Below are positions 1-12,807 of a DNA stretch of 64,000 nt, piece by piece (positions within the stretch are counted from its first letter, which is position 1; each line of letters opens with the position of its first letter). The notes under the pieces were generated by a model. The model searched no databases and had not been told where the DNA came from. It saw only the letters and a program-made list of their open reading frames with translations. The translations under genes and the position numbers were made by a program. The DNA comes from Squalus acanthias. Its lineage: Eukaryota. The stretch lies in assembly GCA_030390025.1 (NCBI GenBank), contig CM059427.1, positions 186,620,001 to 186,684,000 of the forward strand, written 5' to 3'.

Positions 1-330
1 AGAGCTACCCTGCCTCCTTTTCCATTTTGCCTATCTCTTCTAAAAGTTAAGTATCCTGGAATATTTAGTTCACAACCTTGGCCACTTTGCAACCACGACT
101 CCATTATGGCTATTAGATCAAACATGTTAATTTCTATTTGCGCTATTAATTCATCTATTTTGTTGCAAATTCAGATATAGTGCCTTTAGCTTTCACTTAT
201 TTCTATTTTTCCCTGATGTCAACTTAGTCACTGATGCCTTATTACCTTTGTTACTCTTTCTGTCCCTTCCTGACCTACTCTGCTTATTTTTACCCAAAAC
301 TCTACTCTGCTCTAGAGTCTTAACATTTCT
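1..330 (-). mobile_element. CR1 LINE fragment (ORF2 AP-endonuclease N-terminal region)
   Basis: Reverse complement resembles the APE region of the CR1 at 7070-7320 (gatctaatagccat, ctaaatattccaggata, gggtagctct). Confidence 0.7.
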
Positions 331-362
331 CTCGCTGCTTTTAAGTTTGCTCTTTCCTGAAT

Positions 363-1449
363 CCACCAAGGAGCCCTAGTAAAACTGAATTCAATGGGGA
401 TCAGAGGGAATACTCTCCAATATTTGGAGTCAAACCTGGGACAATGGAAAATGGTTGTGGTCATTGGAGGCCAATCATTCCAGCCTGAGGACATTGCTGC
501 CCACCATTTTGGTAGCTTAGGACGCCATTTTGTGCCCTTAAAACAGGGCTGCATGCTGGAATGTTTTTGGACTATGCGCCCCAGACCCAGATAGGCTGCT
601 TCCAACTCCAGGCTGCTGATTTGAATCATGTGCAATCTCATTTACAAAGAATTTCATTGTTTAATACAGAGTGCACCAAACTGAGAAAAAATAGCAAATA
701 GCTCGCACAACTGACAAGCAAAATATATTCAAAAGCAAAATACTGCGGATGCTGGAAATCTGAAATAAAAACAGAAAATGTTGGAAATACTCAGCAGGTC
801 AGGCAGCATCTGTGGAGAGAGAAACAGAGTTAATGCTTCAGGTCGATGACCCTTCGTCAGAACTGGAAAAAGTTGGAAATATATTGATGCACGGGTATGA
901 TCGAACTAAGTTGACTCTGATTTGGCTCAGTGTTAGTGCTGAATACACCTTTCCTTTGGTAACTACTTCTTTTAACCCTAAATCTTGGACACCTGCAGCG
1001 TGGGTCCGTGCGGTCATTGCGTGGTTCAGGCGTCAGCTTTTGCGGAGCAGGCTCGAAGGGCCAAATGGCCCACTCCTGCTCCTATATCTTATGTTCTAAT
1101 CCTAACCTGTAGTTTATATTATTTTACATCAGGTTGTTTTTTTTAATGTGTTCATTCACGGGATGTAGGCGTCGCTGGCAAGGCCAGCATTTATTGCCCA
1201 TCCCTAAATGCCCTTGTGAAGGTGGTGCCCTGTAATATCCTTTCACTGGGGGGCTAAAAAGCCTTGTAAAGCTTTTTTTTTAAATGCACAGCAAAGATTT
1301 CTTTTAACGAAGTATTCTTGAGATATTGGCATCGCTGGTAAAGCTTGCATTTTTTGCCCATCACCAGTTGCCCTTGAGAAGGTGTGGGTGGGCCTTCTTC
1401 TTGAACCTCTGCAGTCCATGTGTGAAGGTACTCCCACAATTCTTTTAGG
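363..1449. repeat. Segmental duplication copy 1 (paralogous to 54655-55897)
   Basis: Colinear shared blocks: caaggagccc.agtaaaactga; ttgaatcat.tgcaatctc; aagttgactctgatttggctcagtgttagtg; gcccttgtgaaggtggtg.cctgtaatatcctttcactg; cccacaattcttttaggt. Confidence 0.85.
730..876 (-). mobile_element. Penelope-type pLTR fragment with 9-bp TSD AAATATATT; degenerate hammerhead core
   Basis: TSD at 721-729 and 877-885; absent from the paralogous copy; reverse complement matches 30645-30750; core reads CTGACGA...GAAG (GAAA mutated). Confidence 0.8.
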
Positions 1450-1965
1450 TCGGAAGTTCCAGGATTTTGACGCAGCGACAATGACGGAATGGCGATATAT
1501 GTCCAGTTAGGATGGTGTGTGACTTGGAGGGGAACTTGAAGGTGATGGTGTTCCCTTGCACCTGCTGTACTTGTCCTTGGTGATGGAGATCGCAGGTTTT
1601 GGAGGTGCTGCAGAAAATGCCTGGCGAGTTGTGCAGTGCGTCCTTTAGATAGGACACACTGCAGCTACGGTGTGCAAGTGGTGGAAGGCGGGAATGTTTA
1701 AGCTAGTGGATATGTTGCCAATCAAGCGGACCGCTTTGCCCTGGATAGTGTCGAGCTTCTTGCAAGTGGAGAGTATTCCATCACATTCCTGACTGGTGCC
1801 TTGTAGGTGGTGGAGAGGTTTTGGGGAGTCACTTGATACAGCAAACCCAGCATCTGACCTGCGCTAGTAGCCACGGCATTTATATGGCTGGTACAGTTGA
1901 GTTTCTGGTCAATGACGATCCCATGGAAGTAGCTGGTGGGGGATTTGGCGATGATAATGCCATTG
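1310..1965 (-). mobile_element. LINE 3' end and RT C-terminal fragment
   Basis: Minus-strand ORF 1445-1657 has RT C-terminal-like sequence; recurrent gcatttattgcccatc 3' motif also at 1160-1230 and 55600-55890. Confidence 0.6.
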
Positions 1966-2524
1966 AAAGCATGTTATTGTACAGATATTAAAAATAAATG
2001 TAGCAGCAGTGAATAAGAAAATGTTAATTGCTGTTAATTCATAGTCAATTGTATAAAATTCATAAATTTTCTGATCAGTTTCAATTAATTATTTGTAAGT
2101 GAAAATTTTAGTGGAGAAATCTTTTGCAAGTGTACTTTTTGTCCATTCTTCCCATAATCGGTCATTACATTTCACTTTTTATTTCTACTTCAATGACTTT
2201 ATTTTCAGTTGGAAAGTCTATGTGGCTGGTGGATAAGAGGTGGATTTTGCATGGTCCATCGTTTATTAGGATGTGTAATTTTTATTACACTTCTCACAGG
2301 AAGAGGTGGAGAAGAAGTTTATGAAGAATTTTACTGAAGAAGTTTCTTGTACATTTTACAGTTCCAAGTTAGAATGGGGAAATAATTTGGAAAGCTCTTT
2401 TACCTCATTTCTTTTCTTCACAGTCTGAGGTGTTAAACATATTCAGGAAATGTGCCTCGGTTTTACTTCTGGTGGTTTTCTGGTGCTATATATATATCTA
2501 TATCTATATGTATATTTCTTACAG

Positions 2525-2634
2525 GGAAAGAGACGGAATCTGTGAAATGAGGCGACAATTTTTCTGCAACAAAATGCCAGCTGGTTTGATGTTCAGTTTC
2601 TTTGTGTTTCTACTTCCATCTGTTTTCACACAAA
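2525..2634 (+). pseudogene. Leader exon (signal peptide MPAGLMFSFFVFLLPSVFTQ)
   Basis: Acceptor ttcttacag|; ATGs at 2547 and 2574; hydrophobic core; donor A|GTAAGT at 2635 (phase 1). The D1 exon reads open in phase 0, so there is either a 1-bp shift in the T6 run near 5270 or an unseen mini-exon. Confidence 0.6.
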
Positions 2635-5570
2635 GTAAGTGCCTTATTTCCACCAATCACAGTCATATTGTTTTACTTTATCATAGTGTTTACTGAATTC
2701 ACACACCAAGTATTCAGCAAGCAAGGAGGGCTTTATTTTCATGTCCCTGCTCCTTTAAACAGGATGTGTAAGTTCACTTTTCAGATTCAACAATGGATCA
2801 ACTTAATAAAATGAAAAAAATTATCATATTCTCATTGTTCTTCAACTCCTTTTCCTGATCTATCTATTAATCTCTCTGTCTGTCTATACATCGACTCTTG
2901 CATGTAACAAACGTCCATCACACAGCTCGATGTCACATTTCAAAGTGTCACACTCACTCTGTGGAGCACTCTCTGTATTCCACAATATTTCAGATTTCAA
3001 CAGCCGAACAGATTGAATGTGGTACAGAATGGTTTCAAAATTAATAACAATATTAAAATATTAATAAATGTTAATAAAATTAGGAATTATTGAGAATAAT
3101 TTTTTGAGTTGGAGGCTGTGCAACATATAAAAGTTACAATTGGGTAAAACATCATTTGAAAAGGTTTGAAGGTTTGTCGCTGATCCACACTTCGGGTCAC
3201 ATCTTGGTTTAGTGTCCAAAGGTGTTTAAACATCACTGTGAATACAGTGTGCACAGAGCCATTGTGGTTTTGGTAATTGTGATGTGAGCTGCTATTTAAT
3301 CAAGACTTACAGACACATGGGATTTACTGCTTTAGATCACTTCCCCTATGACAATGTAAATAAAATAATGGTTAAAATAAGGGTTTTATCAGTTTATTTT
3401 ACCCTTGAAATAAAGGCATATGATGATTCGAAAGTAGAAATATAGCGATGAACTATTCACTGAATGATGTGACCACTGTCACCAGAGGCCACCTGGAATT
3501 ATCCAAATGCATTAACGTTAAATGTCACCGTCACAGCCACAGTTGTCACCTTTCACAGATAAGGCAAAGCACCTGGTGGAAAGAGGCTGCAAGTCAGCTT
3601 TATCTTCCAAGGGCTGGTTTATCTCTGTCACGTTTCAGACAAGCGTGGAGTGGACACAGGAACCGCCTGATCTCCGCTCACCTCGTGAAACCCTGTCACA
3701 GGGAGGCGACCCGACATAACCGTATCCTGCACCAATCTCTCTCCCGCTAGCTCCTGTCCACCCTGATAATGTCCCCTGTAGACCAGGAGTCGCAAGGACA
3801 TTTGGAGCCTTTATTTTCTGAAATTAGCCATGCCCTCCCTTTTTAGTTTTTGTAGTAATGATGTATGTTACATAGAATTACAAATTATTTTACAGCACAG
3901 AAACATCTCCCTCATGTGCCTATCTATGTTCAGAAAGCTCTGGTAATAGATATACAGAATATCTACTGGAAGTGTTCTGTTTTCCCCTGTAACAGTGCCT
4001 GCAGTGAAGGTGATGTGATACAGTGCTTTCTCCTCATGTATTATTGCTTCATTGTAACCTTCTCTGGACTGAACTCCTCAATGAAGGAGCTTTGCCAGCT
4101 TCTTGGGATTGTAATGGGAGAGGATTTCACTCTCCCTTCTTGCCCAATTTTGGATAGATTGTGGTCGGCAGGGGCAGAAAGTGGGGATGGGGATCCGGCG
4201 GGCTGCTCCCTGCAGATTGTCGTCACATCACTGAATATATGGACACAAATGTGGAGAGATTCATTCAAACTGTGTGGAGAGGCCAAGTGTTATCAGATGT
4301 TACATTCACCGTCATTACTGCCATAACAATGCTGGAACATGAGGGAAAGCAGCATGTGCCCGGCATCTAGCATTGCGTTGGCTTGTGGGAGGGGATTTCA
4401 AATTCAAATATCTTTCTGAAGCAAAGCAATTGATCATGAGGCGACAAATCACCAGGCAGATTTGTCATTGATCCATAGTTGCCCCTCCTCTTCAGCTGCC
4501 TCGTGGGTAACCAGCCCTGATCTGCTGCTGCACGACCTCGAGACCCACAGCAACAACCTCCCTCCCTCTCCCAGGTGGTTTCCTCAGATCAAAGCACGAA
4601 TCCTGCTGGGAGCCCACAATAATTATGGAAATGATGCTGACCTCAGGAATTTGCCCGGGGTTCATGGTTTGGGAAGACAGGCGGGCACGGAGTCTGTCAC
4701 ACTGACCTACAGGCAGATTATGGCCAAGTGGAAAATCCTGCCTCCCTTTGTTATCGGTAACCCTGTGTGTAGCCTGGTCAGTGGTGGTCTAGGAGAACCA
4801 ACAACGTACTGTGAATTGCACAAGAGGGGAGATCACTTGTAGAGATTGCTGACCTGATTTTTGAGCCTGAAGTGATATGACTGCACCAGTACTGTATTCA
4901 ATATTGTGACGGTATTTCAAATTTCTTAACAATATGGGAGTAACAATTCCCCTTCCACACTCCCAGTAAATGCTGGAAATACATATTGTGAAATTGGACA
5001 CTGCAGGCCCACGAGTTCAGAGTGCAGTGGCAGAAATTCACCCTCTAATGTCCTAAAGTATCACTGGATTAGGCCAGATTATTCCAGACAGTCAGCTCTT
5101 CACCGGGGTGTGTTTGTGTCATTGCTGAATCCATTGTATATAAAATAATATGACTGTAAATAAATGAAGTCCAATATTAATAATTACCAACATGGGATTA
5201 AGGAGTTGCAATTTAAATATGTAAATACTTACATTGTTCCTCTTTCTAACAGGAAACCAAAAACATTTATTTTTTGGATAAGGGAGATGACATTCCATTA
5301 AAAGGACCGGACAATCCTGGGAATGGCGCTGTTGTCTGGGAATGGAAATCACACTCAGTGCAAGAAATCCAGCGGCTGGTTACTTTTCACAAAGGGAGTT
5401 CAAGCTGGTGGGACGCACAATGGAACGATCACTTTGTACCCAGTGACTTGTACCGAATGATAGAACGGGATCCTGGTACCATTAATCTGAGAATTAGAAA
5501 ACCCACATTTAAACTTGCGAGATCATTCAGCTTGACTCAAACACAGCCGAGTAATAAAATCCTGAAACAG

Positions 5571-8500
5571 TCACGGAGTGCAGATCGGAACAGAGTGTTA
5601 AGTTGCGAGTTTGGTGAGTGAGGGAGTTTGGGGAGGGAGGTGTTCCTTTCTTTTTCTATCTTTGTCAGCTTCCAGGAGAGCAGGAGCTAAAAAGCTGCAA
5701 AAGAGGGGACAGAGAACCAGCGTGAGTTCGGCTCTGTGACACCCCCCAACCGCATCTGGAGAAAATTAAAAGGTTACATCACAGGGGAAAGGGTAAGTGA
5801 TTGCTTGGTGAGTACTTTGCTCACTTCCCTTATCTTTTAAAGCCCAGGAAATTTATTAGTAATTGTAAGGTTTCATTAGTACTAGTTTACCAGCTGTAAT
5901 AAATCTTATTAGGTGTAGTAGGGTTTGTTAATTATTAATTAATAAAAATCAATTAATTAAGACTCAATAAAGATGGCAGGGCAGGTGATGTGTTGCGACT
6001 GCAGTATGTGGGAGCTCCTGGACGCCAGTCTGATCCAGATCGAACACGTCTGCGGTTAGTGTCTGCGGCTTGAGGAGCTTCGGCTCAGAGTTGATGAGCT
6101 GGAGGCAGATCTGCGGACACTGCGATGCATCAGGGAGGCGGAAAGTTACCTGGACACTTTATTCCAGGAGGCAGTCACACCCCTTAGGATAGGGTCTTCT
6201 GATTTGGTCAGTGGTCAGGGACAGGAGGATGTGACTGTGAGTGAGGCAGGTATGGGGACCCAGGAGGTGGAGGAGCCTCAGCCTTTGCAATTGTCCAACA
6301 GGCTTGAGGTTCTTGCGGCCTGTATGGATGAAAGCGGTGGCTGCAGAGTGGATGAGCAAACTGACCATGGCACCGAGGTACAGGAAGCCATTCAAGCGGG
6401 GTGAGTTAATAGAAATGTAGTGGTAATTGGGGACAGCATAGTCAGGGGGATAGATACAGTTCTTTGCAGCCAAGAGCGAGAGTCCAGACGGCTGTGTTGC
6501 CTGCCAGGGTTCGGGACATCTGCTCTGGGCTGGAGAGGAACTTGCAGTGGGAGGGGGAGGAGCCAGTGGTCGTGGTCCATGTAGGTACCAACAACATAGG
6601 TAGAACTAGGAAAGAGGTTCTGCTGAGAGAGTATGAGCAGCTAGGGGCTAAATTAAAAAGCAGAACCTCAAGGGTAATAATGTCTGCATTATTACCTGAG
6701 CCACGAGCAAATTGGCATCGGGTAAATAAAATTAGAGAGATGAATGCATGGCTCAAAGACTGGTGTGGGAGAAATGGGTTTCAATTCCTGGAGCACTGGC
6801 ACCAGTACTGGGGAAAGTGGGATCTGTATCGTTGGGACGGTCTTCACCTGAACATTGCTGGGACCAGTGTTCTGGCGAGTCGTATAACTAGGGTGGTAGA
6901 GAGGGCTTTAAACTAAATATTGGGGGCATGGGATCAAATTTGGGAAGATGTGGTAATTCAAAGATTAAAGACAAGGCAATAGAGAAAGGTATTAATATGG
7001 GAAATGATAAACAGCCCGTGACAGGAAGGGATAGAGAGTACAAAGCTAAGAGTAAATCAATAGATAAGGCTTGAGGTTACAAAATAATAAAAGGACAAAA
7101 CTAAAGGCTCTGCATCTGAATGCACGTAGCATTCGAAACAAAACAGATGAACTGATAGCGCAAATAGAAATAAATAAATATGATCTGATAGCCATTACAG
7201 AAACATGGCTGCAGGATGACATAGATTGGGACCTGAATATTGAAGGGTACATGACATTTAGGAAGGACAGGAAGGTGGGAAAAAGTGGAGGGGTGGCTCT
7301 GTTAATTAATGATGGTATTAGCACAGTAGAGAGGGATGACCTAAGTTCAGGAAACCAGGATGTAGAAGCGGTTTGGGTAGAGATGAGAAATAATAAAGGC
7401 AACACAGTTGCATAGTGGTTAGCACTGGTGGTTCACAGCGCCAGGGACCCGGGTTCGAATCTAACCTCGGGTGACTGTCTGTGTGGAGTTTGCACATTCT
7501 CCCTGTGTCTGCGTGGGTTTTCTCCGGGTGCTCCGGTTTCCTCCCACAGTCCAAAAATGTGCGGGTTAGGTTGATTTGGCTATGATAAATTGACCCTTAG
7601 TGTTAGGGGGGGATTAAAAATGTGGGGTTATGGGGATAGGATGGGATATGTTAGGGGGAATTAAATACGTGGGGTTACGGGGATAGGGTGGGATAGGTGC
7701 AGGCTCGATGTGGGGATTCCGTGTGAGAAAGCAGGGACAGGGTACTGGATTTGGATGATCAGCCATGATCATATTGAATGGTGGAGCAGGCTCGACGGGC
7801 CGAATGGCCTACTCCTGCTCCTAGTTTCTATGTTTCTAAGTCACTTGTGGGAGTGGTGTACAGGCCCCCTAACAGTAACCACATGGTAGGATGGAGTACA
7901 AAGGAAGAAATAATGGGAGCTTGTCAGAAGGGTACGGCAATAATCATGGGGGATTTTAATCTGCATGTAGACTGGAAAAATCAGATGGGCAAAGGTAGCA
8001 TAGATGAGGAGTTCATGGAATGTTTTCAGGATTGTTTCTTACAACAGCACGTTCTGGAGCCAACCAGAGAGCAGGCTATACTAGACCTGGTATTGTGCAA
8101 CGAGATAGGATTAATTAATCACCTCATAGTGAAGTGCCCCTAGGTCGCAGCGATCATAATATGATTGAATTTTACATTCAGTTTGAGAGAGAGAAGAGCG
8201 GGTCCAAGACTAGTATTTTAAACTTAAATAAGGGCAATTATGAGGGCATGAAAGCAGAGCTAGCTAAAGTGAACTGGTAAATTAGGTTAAGGGATAGGTC
8301 AATAGAGTTGCAGTAGCAGACATTTAAGGGGATATTTCAAAATACACAGAATATATACATTCCAACAAGAAAGAAAAATTCCAAGGGGAGGACTCACCAT
8401 CCGTGGTTAACTAAAAAAGTTAAAGATAGTATTAAACTTAAGGAAAAAGCATATAATTGCGCAAAGATGGGTGGCAGGTCAGAAGATTGGACAGAATATA

Positions 8501-10430
8501 AAAAACAGCAAAGACTGACTAAAAGATTAATAAGGAGAGAAAAATTAGAGTACGAGAGAAAGCTAGCTAGAAATATAAAAACAGATAGTAAGAGTTTCTA
8601 TAGATATTTAAAAAAGAAAAGAGTTAACAAAGTGAGTGTTGGTCCTATAAAAAGTGAGTCTGGGGAATTAATAATGGAAAATAAGGAGATGGCAGTTGAA
8701 TTGAACAGGTATTTTGCATCGGTCTTCAGTATAGAGGATACAAAAACATCCCAGAAATAGCTGTAAATCAGGAAATGGAAGGGAGGGAGGAACTCAAGAA
8801 AATTATAATCACCAGGGAAGTGGTACTGAGCAAATTGTTGGAGCTGTGGGTTGACAAGTCTCCAGGTTCTGATGGACTTCATCCTAGGGTCTTAAAAGAA
8901 GTGGCTAGTGGGATAGTTGATGCGTTGGTTTTAATTTTCCAAAATTCCCTCGATTCGGGAAGGTTCCATTAGATTGGAAAATAGCAAATGTAACTCCTTT
9001 ATTCAAAAAGGGAGGGAGACAGAAAGCAGGAAACTACAAGCCAGTTAGCTTAACATCTGTCATAGGGAAGATGTTAGAAGCTATTATTAAAGATGTTATA
9101 GCAGGGCATTTAGAAAAGTTCAAAGTAATCAGGCAAAGTCAACATGGTTTTGTGCAAGGTAAATCATACTTAACCAATTTATTGGAGTTCTTTGAGGAAG
9201 TGACATGTGCTGTGGATAAAGGGGAACCAGTGGATTTACTGTACTTAGATTTCCAGAAGGCATTTGATAAGGTGCCACATCAAAGGTTATTGCGGAAAAT
9301 AAAAGCTCATGGTGTAGGGGGTAACATATTGGCATGGATAGAAGATTGGCTAGCTAACAGAAAACAGAGAGTAGGCATAAATGGGTCATTTTCTGATTGG
9401 CAAGATGTAACGAGTGGTGTGCCACAGGGATCAGTGCTGGGGCCTCAACATTTTGCAATTTATATAAATGCCTTGGATGAAGGGACCAAAGGTATGGTTG
9501 CTAAATTTGCTGATGAGACAGAGATAGGTAGGAAAGTAAATTGTGAAGAGGACATAAGGAGGCTAAAAAGGGATATAGGTAAGTTAAGTGAGTGGGCAAA
9601 GATCTGACAAATGGAGTATAATGTGGGAAAATGTGAAGTTGTCCATTTTGGCAGGAAGAATGAAAAAGAAGCATATTATCTAATGGTGAGAGATTGCAGA
9701 GCTCTGAGATGCAGAGGGATCTGGGTGTCCTAGTGCATGAATCTCAAAACGTTACTATGCAGGTACAGCAAGTAATTAGGAAAGCTAATAGAATGTTGTT
9801 GTTTATTGCAAGGGGAATTGAATACAAAGGTAGGGAGGTTATGCTTCAGTTATACAGGGCATTGGTGAGATCACATCTGGAGTACTGTGTACAGTATTGG
9901 TCTCCTTATTTAAGGAAGGATGTAAATGCGTTGGAAGCAGTTCAGAGAAGGTTTACGAGACTAATACCTGGAATGGGCGGGTTGTCTTATGAGGAAAGGT
10001 TGGACAGGCTAGGCTTGTATCTGCTGGAGTTTAGAAGAGTAAGAGGTGACTTGATTGAAACATATAAGATCCTGAGGGGTCTTGACAGGGTGGATGTGGA
10101 GAGGATGTTTCCTCTTGTGGGAGAATCTAGAACTAGGGGTCACTGTTTAAAAATAAGGGGTCGCCATTTAAGACAGAGATGAGCAGAAATGTTTTCTCTC
10201 CGAGGGTCGTGAGTCTTTGGAACTCTCTTCCTCAGAGGGCGGTGGAAGCAGAGTCTTTGAATATTTTTCAAGGAGAGGTAGATAGATTCTTGGTAAGCAA
10301 GGGGGTGAAAAGTTATCGGGGGTAGGCGGGAATGTGGAGAAATCAAATCAGCCATGATCTTATTGAATGGCGGAGCAGGCTCGAAGGGCCGCGTGGCCTA
10401 CTCCTGCTCCTAATTCGTATGTTCGCATGT
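5571..10430 (+). mobile_element. Near full-length CR1 LINE (5'UTR, ORF1 Zn-finger/leucine zipper plus SGNH esterase, ORF2 APE plus RT), several stops and frameshifts
   Basis: ORF1 from ATG 5973 with CxxC...HxC, IGDS, HVGTNN, DGLHL; ORF2 with HLNARS, AITETW, VYRPP, MGDFN, LDFQKAFDKV, GVPQGSVLGP, FADE; 3' tail cctactcctgctcctaattcgtatgttcg. Confidence 0.95.
7398..7837 (+). mobile_element. HE1-type tRNA-derived V-SINE with CR1-derived 3' tail, nested in CR1 ORF2
   Basis: A/B boxes (atagtggttagc, gggttcgaatc); V domain gtctgtgtggagtttgcacattctcc; interrupts EMRNNKG / KSLVGVVYRPP. Confidence 0.9.
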
Positions 10431-10967
10431 ATGAAATATTTGGGATCAAAGGTGAGTGCGACAAAGTCTAGAAAAGGTTCAATAAAATGATTCTCAGTGA
10501 ATAATTTCATGTGTAATGATGAGAGATTGCCAGGATCACGTGAGATTTATATCATCCAGTGCAGAGAGCATCTCTCATTAAAACAACCAGGGGAAAGATT
10601 TTGTTCATTGTTTCTCCTGAAATGGTCAACATGAGTAAAAACATTTCGACAATTTCAGCAGAAATAGCAAACTGAAAAATTTACCCCACAGAGAGTATTA
10701 TGGTCTGTACAGTGGCACACTCTCTGTCAGATGTACTGAATTTTGTTACCAAACCAATAGATCCCTTGTAGTAATGGGCCTCAGCGCGATGGGACAGGAA
10801 TAAGATTGGCCAGAGTCAGTGCTCCTGATTGCTGTCCAGTGAACCTGTTAGATGTGTTATTTGGTTGAGGTCCCAGAGGATGTCAAGTGTCCCTGGAACT
10901 TGTACTATGACAAGGAGTTAACAACCTTCAGGAAAGCAAGAAGAACATGGCAGAGAAAAGAGATACA

Positions 10968-11758
10968 TTGGGGGGAATTTTAACCCCAAAAAATGGTTGG
11001 CTTGGGCTCGGGTGGGAGGTTCCAGAGTTAAAAATCTGAATCCTGGCCCCAACTCGCCTCCAACCCGCCCACTTCTGGTTTTAACGGAGGTGGGATGGGG
11101 GTGGCGGGGCAGCTAACCTGCTCCCAGGAGGTGAGTTCGCACTTTAAATATAATAATGGTGTTGGGTGCCTCATAGTGATCCACCATTTTAAATTTAACT
11201 GTGGGCTCGGGGAACCCGCCAGCTAAAGGGTGACGAGGACTGCTGGATCCAGGGTTTCTGCCTAGCCAACCATCCGATCTCCCCCCAAACTCCCCCTGGG
11301 GCCTCCGACACACCCTCACGAGACCTCTGATCTCTGACCTCCCCTCCGGCCTTCTGACCTCTCTCTGATCTCCAATTCCCCCTCCAGCCTTCCGAATTCC
11401 TCCTGCAGCTTTCCAATCCTCCTCTGATCTCCGATACTCCCTCTGGTGTTTTGACCTCCCCCCTCCACCCTCCGATGCCCCCTCTGGCCTTCCGACCTCC
11501 CCACTCCGCCCTCCGATGCCCCCTCCTGCCATCTGACCTCCGCCCTCCGATTCCACTTTCCAGCCTTCGACATCCCCACCAGTCACTCGCTCCCTCCTCT
11601 CTGCGGCCTGGTGCCGCAGGCCTACACATTCGACAGCCAGTCAGCCTCTCCTTCTGGCTGGCTGCGGGGTGGGAAACAGAGACTTAAATGTTAATCAGGC
11701 CTTGCTGCTAATTTCAGCCCCACCACTCCCCTTCTGCCTCCAAATTGTAATTCCAGCC
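10968..11758. mobile_element. Non-autonomous element with internal C-rich short tandem repeats (ctccga/ctgacc units)
   Basis: Starts gggggaattttaacc; low-complexity array at 11270-11600; ends aattccagcc. Confidence 0.4.
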
Positions 11759-12807
11759 ATTGTATCTACTCAAAAATATTTGAAAACATGTATTATAAAT
11801 AAATCAAATCTGTAGTTTCTGCCAACTAAGGATTTTGCTAAACAGCTGCACTTTCTGGTTGGTTGACGTGAATAACATCTGAATGAGGCTGAGGTCACTG
11901 TCGAATGAACTTGATACAAAATATAATCCAATCCTGAAATGTCATTGTGGCCAAAATATGATTGTGACTGTACTGGGCCTGGACCATTGCTCCTGAGGTG
12001 TTGGCCCAAACTGTACCAGAATGTGTTGACCATAATAGAAAGTCAACTCATTTACATTTGTTAGTAGCACTCATGGTACATAGTGCGTGGTACACGGGGA
12101 ATGTCACACGGGTCGGGCACCAGAGTGTTGGGCTCCAGCAACTAATGGATGGCACCATTATTTTGGCCTGGCATTGGAATTAAAGTCCCTGTTGAAGATT
12201 TGATTCTTACTTGTCATGTTGTAGGTGGGACTGAAAGTCAGGGTGGGCATTTTTAGAACAAGCCTCTCCTGAAGTGCCGTTCCTCATGGACGCTCAATGA
12301 TTGGAGCCCTGCTCAGGAGCATTTTGGGAGCCCACTCATTTAAATAACGTAATGACTTTTGGCGTGGATTTTGTGCACAGGCTCCCAGTGCGTGTGTTGG
12401 GTGGTCTTACTGAAGTGTGCGAGGCACATTGAGAACAGAGTGGGACTGGAGCCTTCTCCATGTCTGATAATATGGGCGCTACATTTCCATCACACCCTCC
12501 TCTGGTGAGATTCCATCACCTGTCCATTGTGGTGTCGGCTTCCCCAAATGTCATCCAAACCATGTAACCTTAACCTGACCCCGGATACTCCAGCAGGGTC
12601 AGGGGTAAAGGTCATCGGCCGCACTCTGGCTCACTTACGCTGGCAGAGCTGGACTGAGAATTTTCAGGCTCACTGTGTTATTCTACTGATAAAATGCACT
12701 TGTGTGTAATCTGGCCTGACTCTTTAATGCAGCAAGGTACAAGTGCTGATGATGGGCACATCCTACAGTCAGTTAGAACCTAATCGTTGGATTGTACATG
12801 TCACTAC

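Larger units (their letters stand above)
5253..10451 (+). pseudogene. Ig domain D1 exon (atypical V-type lacking canonical Cys), split by CR1 insertion: 5253-5570 and 10430-10451
   Basis: Acceptor tctttctaacag|; ...VVWEWKSHSVQEIQRLV...NLRIRKP...NKILKQ / YEIFGIK G|GTGAGT joins in frame when the LINE is removed; phase 1 fits the next exon. Confidence 0.8.

Noticed and set aside
7398-7475. tRNA genes at SINE heads (also 32856 and 28075-28145)
   Set aside because: A/B boxes run directly into SINE bodies; no complete cloverleaf.
11113-11687. Gly/Arg/Pro-rich ORFs in several frames (also 38831-39526)
   Set aside because: Low-complexity C-rich repeats lacking stop codons by composition.
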